Below, in pieces: positions 25,783 through 39,198 of a DNA stretch of 64,000 bases. The stretch is taken from NCBI GenBank assembly GCA_965153285.1, contig OZ229116.1; one strand, 5' to 3'. Below the pieces are notes generated by a model that had not been told where the DNA came from, ran no database searches, and saw only the letters and a program-made list of their open reading frames with translations. This DNA comes from Podarcis tiliguerta (Eukaryota). A program made the position numbers and the translations under genes. Every line of letters starts with the position of its first letter. Position 1 is the first letter of the stretch.

Positions 25783-28781
25783 TTATTGCTATTCTTGCAT
25801 TGATGGTGTAAAATTAAACAAATATAATTGGATATTTTATATTCAAAGCAAATGTTTGTTTCTTGTTCATGCAGACTTAAAATCATTAGTAAATATCATT
25901 TATACATTAGAGACCTGGCCACCTTCAAATATTTTTTCCCTTTTAGGAAACCAGTAGGCAGTAGTGTGTGGGGTTTTTGAGGCTCATCAAATGCAAGAGA
26001 ACAAATACACAATATCACTGTAATATTTTTCCTCAAAGAATATTTCATTTCCATATTTATCTTATTTATGCAAATTATGCCATTGCTGTATTTTCATTTT
26101 AGCATATTTCTATTCAGTGCCCATCGATGTATCTGTCTCAATGCTGCAACGCTCATGTTTGCAGATGATCCACAGAAATATAAACAAGACATTTGTAGCA
26201 GCAGTATTTCATTACTAAAGCTGAGAGATGTCAAACGTAATTACTGAGACTAACATCTGGAGCGCTTTATTGAAGAGGAAACTGCCAGGATTGTTAGCAT
26301 ACACAAAGCAACATTATTCATATGAGTGAGGCTTTATAACTGCTGCCAAGTTAGGTGAGTAGTATAAGCAGAAAGCATAAAATCCAACAGAGTCGGTTTA
26401 TGAGCATACCTCCTACAATGATCTTTATGTCTATATAGCAGAACTCCATGCAATAGTTTCAGAGAATTCTGAAGCAATGAACATCATTCATCTGTAGAGG
26501 TCTATGGTGAAAAAGATACAGGTGCATTTGAGTTTGCATTTTCACAACCTCCCTGAAGATCTGTTACTTTTACCTTTGGTGAACCTTAATATATCAAAGG
26601 TGACTATTTTGTACTTTCTGTTCCTGTATTAGCACCTGATGCTCTCTATAGGTAAAGCCTAATGAAAAGCTTAATGTGAATTTTTCCTTTCTTATCGACA
26701 TCTGCCCATTACCACACATCTTTTCTGTGCTAGTGTCCTTGAGTAAGAATGATTCTTGCTAATGAGTTTTCAGTTGCCAACAAATAATTGGCATTGTTTA
26801 CAAAATATGCCCAGTCTTTTAGGCAGCCATGTAACCAACATTTCAGTAGTTCCTCACTTGTCAGGGAAGAAGATAATACAATAATCAATGCCACTTGAAA
26901 TCAGTGACCAGATGTTTTGTTGTTGGTCCAAAGCAACTAAAACAAGAATTTGACCTAAAATGGCAAACGAGGTACTCCTGCTACAAAATTTTGGTTGCAG
27001 TCCTATGCTCTCTCATTAGAAACTAAATGGGACTCACTTTTCCTTCGGATTGTACTGTATAGCATTGTACTGTCAATCTGGAGAAGAATCTGGTCAATTT
27101 TTGCACCTTAGCTTGGTTGCAGAGGAAAAAAAAATAATGAACATGTTTTCGCAGCCCAGATTGTGATTGCAGAAACCATAGAATGGTAGCATAAACAATG
27201 CTAATGGCAGGGTCAAAAGTAGTTACCCTTCCCAGTAATGTTCCTTATTTCCCTGGGTAGTGTGTTCCATATGGCAGGTGCCACTAATTGTTTTAAGAAC
27301 CAAATGCTCGTTTCTGTATCTTCACCAAAAGAGGAACTAATGCTTCACTGGTATTTTAAATATATTGTTTCTCTTACCAGAATGGAACTTAGGAATAGAT
27401 GCACCAGAGTCTTCTGGTAGCCATACACTGAAAAATGTTGGGGACATGGATTCCAAACACAAATAATTTTAGGTCAGATTGTGGAGCAATTTACAAACAC
27501 CACCATTCAAAAAGAGATACAGGATTGTGTCTAAACATTCAATTTGTGCTTAATTTATTTGTGTACACGTTAAATCATTTCATGAATATGAATAATCGAT
27601 CTGACTCCAGTTGGAAAAAGGAATAAAGTTAATTACTTTCCAATGGCAAAATATTTCTTCAGGTTCTTTCTCTCTCCCCCCTCCCCCCAGCAGTGTATTA
27701 GCTAAGGCAAGAAATAATGAAGGTGCACTCCTTGTCCACTGCAGGCTTCTGATTAAAAGCCAAAGTACAAAATTTATTAAGGACTTCAGTACGTAAATGA
27801 AGTGGCACTCTTGAGAGGAGAATTACCTGTGTTCTTTCCAATGTCAGTTAAGCAGTGTTTAACCTCAGCAAGGTCTCGATACTCGCCTGTCAATCATTGA
27901 GTCATTCTGTTTCTCAAGGATATAGATTAAAATGAAAGCAAAGTTGCACTGAGATAGTACCAGTGTGCATAGTAAGTCTGGATAAATAAAAAAAACCCAA
28001 CCTTGTAACTAATGTTGAGAAAAAATAGCTGTATAATTTAAAACATCCTGTTTATCCTCCCAAAGCTCTCGCTTTTAACCTATTATCCTAATCTATCTGC
28101 TTAAAATAAATGCTGCTAAGTACACACATTAGTGGTGTGGAGAACTTAACATCCATAATCACATGAGTGTGTTAATGGGAGTTGCCTCTTGCTGTTATGG
28201 AGAGGCAAAGCACTCACTCTGCAGAACTCCAAGAAACATTGCGTTTTCTTCTTGGGGGCTGGGCAAGGAACTGTATACATGAATGCCTAGGAAAAGAAGA
28301 TTTATTTCTCTTTGTTGTGTTCTGTTCCCATCATTGTGCAGTATCACAAAGCATACATGCACAAAAACCTTAACATAGAAATTTCCCTGACAGGAAAATA
28401 TCAGGGCAGGACAACCATATTTTCCTTTTATTTTGAACCCCACCCCACCCTGCAATCCTTGCTGGTAATTGGCATTCTTTTGGAAGTGTGGAGAGTAGGC
28501 TTGGCTAATGCAAGTGGGGAATGAGATTGGGGAAAGGGCTGGAATTCTGCAAACATGACAGGAGGTGCAGTTGGTGTTCTGTTCCAGACTGCAGCCCATA
28601 GGGGTGTCAAGGCTAAGCATAGCAAGAGTCCAGAATGAGTTTCAGGTGGTCAGGACCACAGACAGTTCACTATGAATTCTTTTTCACACTGTCAAGCAAG
28701 CTGGAAAGAAGGCAAGACCTAGCAGCAAGCAGAGTGCTTCAGCTGTGAGTTTAGCCTTGCAGCCAGATGGATATCTGATCC

Positions 28782-28866
28782 ATCTACCTGTTTGAGGTTA
28801 AAGGTGCTATGTCCTATTCTGAATCTACCTGTTTGAGGTTAAAGGTGCTATGTCCTATTCTGAATC
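28782..28866. repeat. Perfect 41-bp tandem duplication
   Basis: atctacctgtttgaggttaaaggtgctatgtcctattctga x2, followed by atc. Confidence 0.95.
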
Positions 28867-29065
28867 ACCCTGCTGTGGTTGGGCTTGGAAAGCCTCTTGC
28901 TAATCAGTGGAGGCAGCCCTTGCTAAGTTGCAAGTACTTAAGGTGGATGGGATGAGAGGAGCAGGGCAATCTCAGGCAAAAAGAATAGCGGAAGCTCTAA
29001 AGCTACCCTTCTAGGAAAGTATATCAACAAGGTGGTTGCTTGGGAGGCTTCTCTGCCCTCTAGAG

Positions 29066-29201
29066 TGAGCATAGGCAAAGTCGGCCCTCCAGATGTTTTG
29101 GGACTACAACTCCCATCATCCCTAAATAACAGAACCAGTGGTCAGGGATGATGGGCGTTGTAGTCCCAAAACATCTGGAGGGCCGACTTTGCCTGTGCCT
29201 G
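29066..29201. mobile_element. hAT (Charlie-like) palindromic MITE
   Basis: 8-bp TSD CTCTAGAG (29058-29065 and 29202-29209), fitting the NTCTAGAN Charlie target; about 54-bp inverted arms. Confidence 0.9.
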
Positions 29202-29289
29202 CTCTAGAGGCTATGGGGTAGGGTGGGCAGAGGAGAAGGAAGGTGTTGGAGCTCTGAGCCATAAGAAGGTTGATTAACTGATTGGAATA

Positions 29290-29463
29290 CAGTGGTACCC
29301 CTGGATACGCACACCTCTGGTCATGTATCCTTTGGGTTACGCACACGGCAAACCCAGAAGTATTTTTTCTGGTTTTGCCGTGCGTGCATGCAAACCTCCG
29401 GTTGCGAATTCCTAGGGATTTGACCAGAGCTCCAGATCCCGTGCGCAACCAGAGGTACCCCTG
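29290..29463. mobile_element. Tc1/mariner MITE, shorter relative of family A
   Basis: TA|CAGTGGTACCCCTGG...CCAGAGGTACCCCTG|TA. Confidence 0.85.
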
Positions 29464-30125
29464 TACTACTGGATTGTTTAAGCCAATCATGCAGATTTAT
29501 TCTGGAATTTTCTGCTGTGCAGCAGCAGGTTTATGATGATGCCTAGATATTATTATTAATTTATTAGAATGCAGTGATAACCATACTGATGTAAATGTGG
29601 CTATTCAACAGACATTGGTGTGCAGTGCAGGGCTGATGAATGTCACCAGTGCGTTGAGAGCTGAAATGCAAAAAGTTTGTGATATCTTTTATAATTATCA
29701 TTTTGCATTCAGAGAACTTTAGTTAGAAGGGGTTAAGATGCATGTCTGATTAACATGAACAGAAGTGTTGCGCAAACAATTATTTCAGTAAAATAGAAAT
29801 GCTTTAGTTTGAGCCTAAGATTTGCTGTTCCCGCACACAAGTTCTTAAGAAAGGTGTAGAAAAACATCTACATTCACATGGTGAAATCTGGTATTGCTCT
29901 CAAGATGTTGTTATTAGTGTTCCCGGGTTTCTAGGCTGCTATGCCAGTGTAAGTGCTTGCGACTGGCGTACCAGACCGAATTCTGTAGCTCTGAAGAACA
30001 AGTCCTTAAAGATACTGATTCAGTTCTGACATAAACCAAACATTTCACCATCTATTTCTAGGATCTTTAAAATGTGCATAATGGTTGGGTTCCAAAGAAG
30101 CAAAGGCGTGTACCTAGGCCTAAAG

Positions 30126-30472
30126 CAGGAGTGAGGAACGTCAGGCATGGGGCCAAAAGCGGCCCTTCATTCCTTTCTGTCTGGCTCTTGGGAAGAGTCC
30201 CAGGCCCCACCTCAATCCTCATGCCCTGCTTTGTACCTACCTGGAATGCTTTTGTGTAGCTAGAATGTGTCCCTCAACTGCACTATGTCTTGTTTTCCTG
30301 GATGGTGGATGAAGAGGTGTAGATGTAAAAAACTCTGACTTTTGCAGGGAGAGAATGTAGCATTCTGTGCAGAGGTTTTTAAAAAACTTTTTTACTTTTT
30401 TACTTTTTCCCCATGACTAAGAAGCACCTGGAAGGAATGTGGTACTTGGGCAGAAAACAGTCCTATACCCTT
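30126..30472. mobile_element. Degenerate hAT non-autonomous element
   Basis: Starts taaag|caggagtgaggaacgtcaggc..ggggccaaaagcggccc, resembling Charlie-type ends; the right end is weak. Confidence 0.4.
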
Positions 30473-32255
30473 GGACTTTGCTGGTTTTTTCTTCCAGTTT
30501 TGCCTTTTGCACTGATTGAGACCATGGGTGGTGCTGTATATGTCCAGAATGTCATTTCACATCCGTCTGACAGTTATTTAAATTATGGCCATTGCATTTG
30601 TATTTATTTATTTTGGTTTAAGACCAAAAGTAAACCTTTATATTTATTCAGTAAATTCATTGCAAAATACATCCTGTCATAAAGCAATTCAACCATATGC
30701 AATTTAATTACACTCATATAGAAAGCAACACAAATTGTGATTTGACTCCTGATTTATGAACGGCTGCTTTCAGTAAAAATAGATATTAAACTTCAAGCCA
30801 GTGTTTTAAAGCAGTTTGTTAAGGTGACAATTTGAAACCTAGAAATATTGAACTACCAATGTTATCCTGAACTCCAGACTTTATATACAGTGATGTGTGA
30901 TGATGGATATGGATTTTTTAGTCATCTGGATTTTTGAGATATGGACAACTTTCACATTTTTAAAAAAATACTATGAATAGTTTTGATCAAACTATTTGAT
31001 CAGGGTTGTTTTGTTTTTTTACAAATTTGTAGAAAAAAGGGGGAATCTTTAGCAGAACACTAAAGCAAGATAAAAACATTCTAAATGGTGAATCAATCAA
31101 TGCTCCTGTTGTTCTACAAGCTAAAGAAAAGAAACCTTAGTAAAATAAGAAAACCTCAGAACTGTGGGAATTAACTGTTTGTAAATGAGTGGGAGCATAA
31201 TCATCTGTCTCACACCAAATTTATCTCTGAATTTTATACAGATTTTAAGGCATGAGTGGGCTTATGAAGCTTTTGTAGAATATCAAACACATAGTTAATT
31301 GGGCTTTATGGTACAGTTTAATTTTATATAATTGCCTAGCAAAACCATCCAGTAGTTCAGGTTGTTGATGCTTATGTTGTAACGTTTGCAGGAACAACAA
31401 ATGTACATTAGTTTTAAGAATGCAAAAAGTTACCACCCATTGCTTTGAAAGGAGAGACTTATAAAAAACAATGTAATCCAACCTAGAATAAAAGGGCCCT
31501 CCTTATTTCTTAAAGTTTCAAACAGAATTAAAACAAAAACCCAAACCCTTTAATAACCCTCTTGTAATCCTTTAATCCTGTAAGCCTTTATCTAGGGTTT
31601 GTGTATATTACCAGACTTGCTTTGATTACAGTCATCAAAGAATGGGATTTTGATGTCTAAGAGTACACATGGGGCTTTAAGGACCTTAATTTATCTATTT
31701 CACTTGGCTTGGAATCTTGTAACCAGTAAATAACATTTTTGAAAAGTATCATGGAGTATGCGGAAAATTGTGAAGAGGGAGTATCGTTACGTAGAAACAA
31801 TCTAGGTGTGACACCACATTAAAAGTTCAAGATCTTGTGTGGTTGGAGAATGCCAAGATACTTTGGGCAGCATAAGGAGAAGGACTTAGATGTGCCACAA
31901 TATATTTGTGGCTTGTTAGCATTTACTACGAGAGTACTGTGTGCGTTGGGATGACTCTTAGACTTGTGCACTCTCATTTGTACTGGAGGCTCATGATCTT
32001 AAAGTGGATTAGCCTTCCCTCATCTCTGAACTTTTACTTTCTTTTTGGGATACTGTTTTTATAGCATCTTTACTGAAGTTGGCGCAGGGCTATGTCTTTT
32101 AGGCTCTCCTTATGTTACTGCAGGGCCACTTAACTGAGGCATTTCTTCTGTCCCACCACGTAACATTTCGAAGCTCGAAAGCATGTAGTTGGGACCAACT
32201 GTGGAGCTCCTTACCTTTTTATTGTCACAGTCCTTTCTGTCCTCAGAACTGGACC

Positions 32256-32432
32256 CATAGGACCTAGCTCCTAGGGGCCGAGGTCCCCCCCCCCGAAACA
32301 AAATATTTCAGGGGGTCATCCTCCCCAAAGTTGATGGACGTTGCCATTCAAATGGTGTGCATGTGCTACATCTTGTGATTGCTTATACAGGGCGGGGTCC
32401 CCCAATATGCTACTCAAGTTGGCAGCCCAATT
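32256..32432. mobile_element. Degenerate hAT-like non-autonomous element
   Basis: catagg..ctcctaggggccgaggtccccc ... tcaagttggcagccc, with weakly complementary termini. Confidence 0.4.
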
Positions 32433-33359
32433 GGATTCATGCAACATGACTGTAGGATTCCACTGCAATAATGTATGAAGGGCTCCTACTGTTTGTTGTA
32501 GTCAGATGTTTGATCCATTTGCCTTCTAGCAAAAAGTTTATTTAACTATTTTTTGTTCTTAGCTGCTATCGCTGACAAAACAAGGGTGTGTGCCTCAGAT
32601 GTTTGTTGGTGTTGTGAGATCTCTTAGGGCACATTGGAACTAATCACTTGCTGTTTCTATGTGGGTGGAAGTAGCCAGGTAAATAAATTTAGTGTTCAAT
32701 GCTTGCTGCTCTTTTCCAAATATGCACACGTACTTCTGGGCTGCTACCCAGGAGCTTAGGCCTTCAGTAAGGTTCAAAAGGCATGAGCACAAAGATTTGT
32801 ATTAGTTGCCAAACACTGTATTTTTGTGAGGCTGGAAGGCAAAAATGTAGCCTTGCCCATGAAATCTGGATATTAGAGTTGCTTGCCCTGGCAGCAAATG
32901 AAAGAATGCCACATAAAAAGAGAGATAAATTAGGAAAGTTTAAAACCATCTGGTAGCCATTTTTAGACTGCTTTTCTCAGTCAAATTGGACCTGCTTCTT
33001 ACTGCCTAGCTACTCCCTGCCAATTTTCCTTCTTGTATTTTCCTTCTCTTGTGTATGTTTCCTATCTTCTTTATGCCTATGTGGATGGATGGATGTAAAG
33101 GCTTTTTTGGCACTTTTTTTTTTTACACATCACTTTCTTTATGAGTAGTAATTATTTGAACTTAGGAATGAGTGAATGTGTGACTGTGAAAGGTTTGTTT
33201 TTAAAAAGGACTTTAACATTTAAAGGGATTAATTGATTAAAGCATTTCATTTGTGATCATTTTTTTGGGGTGGGGGTGGGGGGAAATAAGCTTTTTAAAT
33301 ATTCCTGGAACTCCTGAGGCAGTGAACACTGCATAGAAACATCACCCTTCATTGCTTGA

Positions 33360-33368
33360 GTGTATGTA

Positions 33369-33409
<41 letters not shown>
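33360..33409. repeat. (TG)n(TA)n compound microsatellite
   Basis: Direct reading. Confidence 0.95.
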
Positions 33410-35759
33410 TGCTCATTCCTGAAGTGGTTTTACTAATGAATGATCTGGAAACCCAGATATGCTTTATATCTGATGGTCCATACAAAAGACAAAAGTTTGT
33501 GTAATGTAATCCTCATTCCACAACGTATCACAAATTCTTAAGGCATTGTAGTTGCAAGAGTGTGCCACCATTCACAAATTTATCAAATAGCTGAATACTG
33601 CTATGAACCTATGGACACATCTCGGAAAAGGCAGCTTACTATGTATCTACATGATTCATTAGTATATCCTTTTATCTTGTGTTAATACAGTATATTGCTA
33701 TTTTTTATAGTATCCTGCCACCTTTTAAGGTACTACAATCAAGTTACCCACTGTACACTCAAAGTATTCACAAGTAATTTTCAGTTTGTTTCAGTTAGAT
33801 ATTACTTTTACTTTTAGGTATTCAGTCCCCAAAATACTATAATAACCTGTTAAATTACATGGCAGGGAGAACTTATGGCTACATTGTGGTAACTTTGGTC
33901 TGGAATCAATGAACATATAAACCTAACTAAAAGTTTGTTTTTCAGCATTTTAGAGAATAGATGGTCTGGGAAAGTTTGTCACCTGGACTGGGGAATTGCT
34001 CTTTGATCGCCTGTTAATGCCCATATTTTTGCCTTCTAAGTATTAATACATTAGCAGAAAGGGAATGCAAGGTAGTTGGAGATATATGGGGTTAGAAAGA
34101 AAAGAAATTGATTGATTCTGCAAGTTGTGACCTGTCTCTCTTGTAAAGTGGAGATTGCTGTGGAATAAGTTGTACCTTCACTCCCACAGCATGCTAGGAA
34201 AAGTAAATATATTCTTAGTTTCCAGTGTGGCATGCAGTCCTTTGTGTGTTTTCTTCTTCTTTCGTTATTACCTAGAGGTCTTCACATTGCTCCCTTGTCA
34301 AAGATCTGCAAAAGCATGTTAGGATCATATTTATGAACTTTCAAAATAAGCTCTCTTTTTTTTTACAAACACTAACAATAAAATTAATGTTTGCTTTTAA
34401 AACAGATAAATTTGAACTTTTTACAGGTATAGCATTGGAGAAAGCATGGCTTCCTAGGCTAGGTTGTGGAATATCTTAGTACCTGCTACGCATGTTTAGC
34501 ATGATTGACAGGTAGTAAAACACTTGTTAAAAGCCTTCAGCTCCCCCAATTCTTTCTATTAAACGACCTTTTTCTGAAAGACTGAAAGCTATAATCAAAT
34601 TCCCTCTGTGTAATTCACTGGTGATTACTGATCTAAGGAAATAACGTACATCGGTAAAAGGCTTTTATATTTATGGCTTAAGATGTGCTTCTGTAATTTG
34701 AAATGAAACTCTTGCCCTGCTCTTAGCTATTAAAACCGTTTAACCTGTAAGTTAATGCATGGGAAGTACATTGAGTATTGAAACAAGTGTATAATATTCA
34801 AAATGGGATTAAATTAATGATGTTACCATAAAGAAAGAGAAAAACATCAATTTAGTAAAAAATACTGGTTGTCTGACTAACTTAATTGCTTTTAATAAAA
34901 CAGTGTATACTTTATTGTAGGTATGTTAGTATCTCAGCCCTAAACACAATACTTGAAAGTCTTATATTTTTCATTCATATACAATCAGCAGTGAAGCCAT
35001 GCAATATAAGGCCATGTTAAATTTAATTTAATACTTAAATTTGATTATGTATCTTAAATATGATTAAGTATTCCTTAATCATATGCAATACTTGTACCAA
35101 TATGGCGAGTGGGTAGTAGATTTATGTGGCATTCACTCAGATTTTGCAGAAAGCCAGCCCTTACTACTTCCATACAGGAGCAATTACAGTCATGCAAAAG
35201 TAACCTTAGAGCTGATTTATACCAGAGCAGCATGGTTGCTGCCCTCATGTGTCTTCCCCTCATTTTGCTCTAAATCTGTTGCACATGTAGAACAGGCTAA
35301 TTGTGTGGAATGTAACCATGTCAACAATGCCAGCATCATAGGATTTAGGCTGGGTATCAGCATGCTAACTTCCTACATGACTTGCTTATTAATGTGAGTG
35401 CTGAATTTAGAGCTGAGCTAAAAATTCATCTTCTGCAGTATGGTTTGCAGGCCACAAATGTGACATTTTCACTTATTTCTGGAAGGGGGGATTCCACAAG
35501 TTTCCAGCAGTGGGAACCTTGCTATGACAAGCAACTGTGGTGCTAACAGGTTATATTTCCATAAACTCTAACTTCAGAAGTTGCAACATTCTGACACAGC
35601 TTCATTTGAGGGACATTGTTGGGGGAGATGATGGCCCACATTGGCTGAGGGGTAACCCCCAGTCTCCCACCTATGCAAAATTTTATTTTTTCCTTCACCA
35701 ATGGATTGATTTCTTTCAGTCTCAACTAACATGTCCATCGGTGCAAAGATTTCTGCTTG

Positions 35760-36710
35760 TGCAATAGGATACAGGGTAAGAAAGAGGGGAAAGTCCTGCT
35801 GCCCAAGTGGAAATCCTTGTACTGACAAGGTGGTTCTTGACTAAGATGTTCATGACCAGATGAGTCTATCAGCAGTTTGGCTGCACGTTCTAAACCAGAT
35901 GGAGCTTCCAAACCAGACCCAAGGGCAGCCTTGTGGTAAGGTAAGCTATGCATGGACTGCAGTAGTCAGACTGTCCTTGTCTTTGAATGGTTGTAGCTGG
36001 CAATGTAGATGAAGCTGGTCAAAGGCATTCCAGCCACAGATGTATCCAGGAGTGCCCCCAAGCTATGCACTTGCTGCTTCAGAGGGAGTGCAAGTCCGTC
36101 CAGAAAAGGTAGCATGCTACTTCCCCAAACATGGGAACCAAACCACCTAAAGAACTTCCTCCCTCCCGGGATTCAAACACAGTTTACTGGCCCTCACTCA
36201 GTTTATTACTGCATTCAGACACTGATCTGGAGCTGTCACATCCTCTCCTGAATCAGATGCTATGGAAAAGTAGATCAGTTTATCATCAGTGTACTGGTGA
36301 CATCTTGCTCCAGAACTTCTAATGACTGCCTCCAATGGCTTCATATAATATTAAATCACACTGGGGAGGGAATAGTGTTCTGCAGAACTGCATAGCTGAA
36401 GTGTCAGGGTGCTGAGGAACACTCACACAGAGCTTCTCTTTGGACATGACCTTGAAATTATCAATGGAGCCACTGTAATACAGTGCTTCTGATACTCATC
36501 CTGCTTAGTCGGTCCAAGAGGGTACCACGGTCAGTCGTATCAAAGGCTTCTGAGAGATCAGGCAGAAGTGGCAAGTCCGCAGTCTCACTGTCCCCCTCAC
36601 AATAAATTTCATCCATCAGGGCAGACTCAGTTCTGAAACTAGGTCTGAACCCAGGTTGTAGTGGATCTAGATCTAGATAATCATTCTCATTTAGGAACAT
36701 CTGCAGTATG
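35760..36710 (-). mobile_element. Degenerate L2 LINE ORF2 (reverse transcriptase) fragment
   Basis: ORF 36461-36700 LDPLQPGFRPSFRTESAL...LPDLSEAFDTTDRGTLLDRL..TVLQW corresponds to L2 RT (LDPFQSGFRPGHGTETAL..LLDLSAAFDTIDH). CHQYTDD (the YADD motif) lies near 36285-36302 and a QNAAARLL-like motif near 35870-35895. Confidence 0.85.
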
Positions 36711-38010
36711 GAAAGCAGTTACATGTAAGTTATGTTGCTCTCATAATGCATTGTAAGACGTGGACCACTGAAAAGTTTATGGATATTTGAGTAACTGCTT
36801 GATACTTAGTATGAGAAATATCTATCCCTTTTTCTTGTTTGTTTTTATTCATTTGCATTATAGTGCAAAAGGGAATTCATTCAACTTGAAATATATTTTA
36901 TTTCTCTCTATTTGTGTAAGCAAATGTACCCATAACCATACACCCAAGAGGGAAATAATTAAAACACATTCATTTCAGTGAAAGCTTTAAACATATACTT
37001 AACACTCTCATTGAAACATAGGACTTAAAATCACTTAACTTGGCGTGATTACACTCAGATGATAAAAATGTACTAGAATACTAATGAGAATTAATACTTC
37101 TTCAATCTGCTTAAAAACATTTTTTAGTAGCAAACTTTTTCTTATTTGGGAATATTTTGCTGTAAAAAAAGAGAGGGAATCAGTAATTAAAACTCTTGCA
37201 GGGACAGAATTGAAAGTCTATCTCTACAGGTCAATTAAAAGACTTATTCATCACTAATCCATGCTTATGAGGAAACAATAAGATGGGCATCTCAGTAGAC
37301 TGCTGCTAGTCTCCTTTGTTCCCTCAGTAATTAAGGCAGCAAACAACTTTGGCACTTCAGAAAGCACAACTGAAAAATGGTAGAAAGGCCAAAATGGTTG
37401 CTTTCACAGCCCTTTCCAAAGTAATAGAAATTTATCCTTGCTGTTGTCCCCATTTCATGCTCTTGATTTGAGTGTGGAATTGTGGAATCCAAAAGATACA
37501 CTCAGAAGAGTTACTGTTTAACAAGATATATTTATTTCCTTCCATTCAGCCCAAATATGTAGATAACTTTGGAACACATTCCTCCTCCTTAGTGGAATAC
37601 TGAGTGAACAGAAGATCCTACTTACTGCAGATATTTAGCTAAAACGAGGCACTGTCTTTCAAAACAGATTTGTGGTTAAGGATTGATGCGAGCAGGAAAC
37701 ATCAACAGATTGCCAGGCTTCATCCTGGAAGTTGTTACTTGCTTAAAAAGAAAATCCCATTAATATTTGAAAGCAGGCATTTTAAGATACCTACAAAATA
37801 CATTTGACAAATATATCTATGCACCAAGGATTTGTGGCTTTTGCCTTTGATTAATACTTGAATAAATTTGCTTTTATTTGATTAGCCAAAAATTATAATA
37901 AAGTTCAAAATATAACAGAAATGACAAAATTGTGATCAGAAGATATCAAAAATATTGTTTGCTGACTAAAAAAATAAACATTATAATCTTCTCTTTGCTA
38001 TTAGCAAGTA

Positions 38011-38598
38011 CCGTATTTTTCCTGTGTATAAGACGATCCTGAGTATAAGACGACCCTTATTTTTTTCAACCCAAAATTTTAAAAGCAAAACCCTAAAATA
38101 GAAGTGAAAATCCGGATGATTGGCAGTGGCGACGGAAAGTTTCCAGCATGAGGTGCATGCAGTGCCAGTGGTGCGGAAGCAGGCTCAGTGGTTGGGGCAC
38201 CACATGCCCCCCCCTTGGCGGCTGTGGGGAAGCGAGGGGCAGGAGGCTCCCGAGAAGGACGCTGGGGCAGAGCCTGGGGAAGGGAGACCCACTCTGTTGG
38301 ACCATCAAGCAAACCAAGCCGAGGAAGGTGGGGAGTGGGCCAGGGGCAGGGAGGGGGGTTGAGGGGGAGGGGGAAAAGAAAGAAGGGTGAGGAGAGGTAG
38401 CCAAGGTGGATAGCGGCAGCAGAAGGTGAGAGAGGAGAAGGAGGGGATGGCAGCTGGAGGGACTGCCTCAGCCTGCCCAAGCCCAAAATTTGCTTAAATA
38501 TTAACCCCACCCCCATGCTCCATGTATAAAACGATGCCCCCCATTTTTTACTAATTTTTTAAAGCAAGAAACCTTGCGTTATAAACAGAAAAATACGG
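38011..38598. mobile_element. Pogo/Tigger-like non-autonomous DNA transposon with a GC-rich interior
   Basis: TA|CCGTATTTTTC...GAAAAATACGG|TG, subterminal tataagacga repeats. Confidence 0.8.
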
Positions 38599-39198
38599 TG
38601 ATGTGATTTTTAAAAATTAAGACTAATGAGAACAATTCAATAGTAACCAAGAAAGAAACACGTGCCTATATCTTCAGAGATAGGAGAATGGAATACATAA
38701 TAAGGAAAGTTCTCAACTACATCTTCCTCCCACTAGCAGAGGTTGAAAGTTAATGCCATGAAGAAGGTGACACGTGTTGCATGCTAAGTATTACATATAC
38801 TTTTTTCATGGAAAAATGAGAAAATTCATTTAACTTTAATTATGATACACCCTGAGGCCATCATATAATTAGGTATTTTTTTAAAAAAAATCTCAAACTC
38901 TGTTCTTGAATTATTTTGTTGTTGTCCTGCCTCCACATTAATATTCCAAAAATAAAGCAATGTTCGTGTATAATTTGATTTTGTGATCTTACTGTGGTTT
39001 AGCATTAATGTACAGGAGCTGCAGGCCCATGTGCCTCCCCCTTCTTCTTTTCCAACATTTCCTCAAGGAGGAGATTGCAAGCTTTTACTTCAGGCCCGCC
39101 CCCCATTGCAGTTGTATTCTGCAACATGTTCTTGACACAATACCCCCCTCCCCGAACATATGTAGTATGAAGCGTTGCAGGATTTCAGCAGGAAGGTA

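Noticed and set aside
29630-29675. CTGATGA...GAAA hammerhead-like spacing
   Set aside because: No stem II beyond one base pair and no supporting stems.
38079-38516. Cluster of overlapping 70-145 aa ORFs
   Set aside because: By-product of the GC-rich interior of a TIR element; low complexity and no domain motifs.
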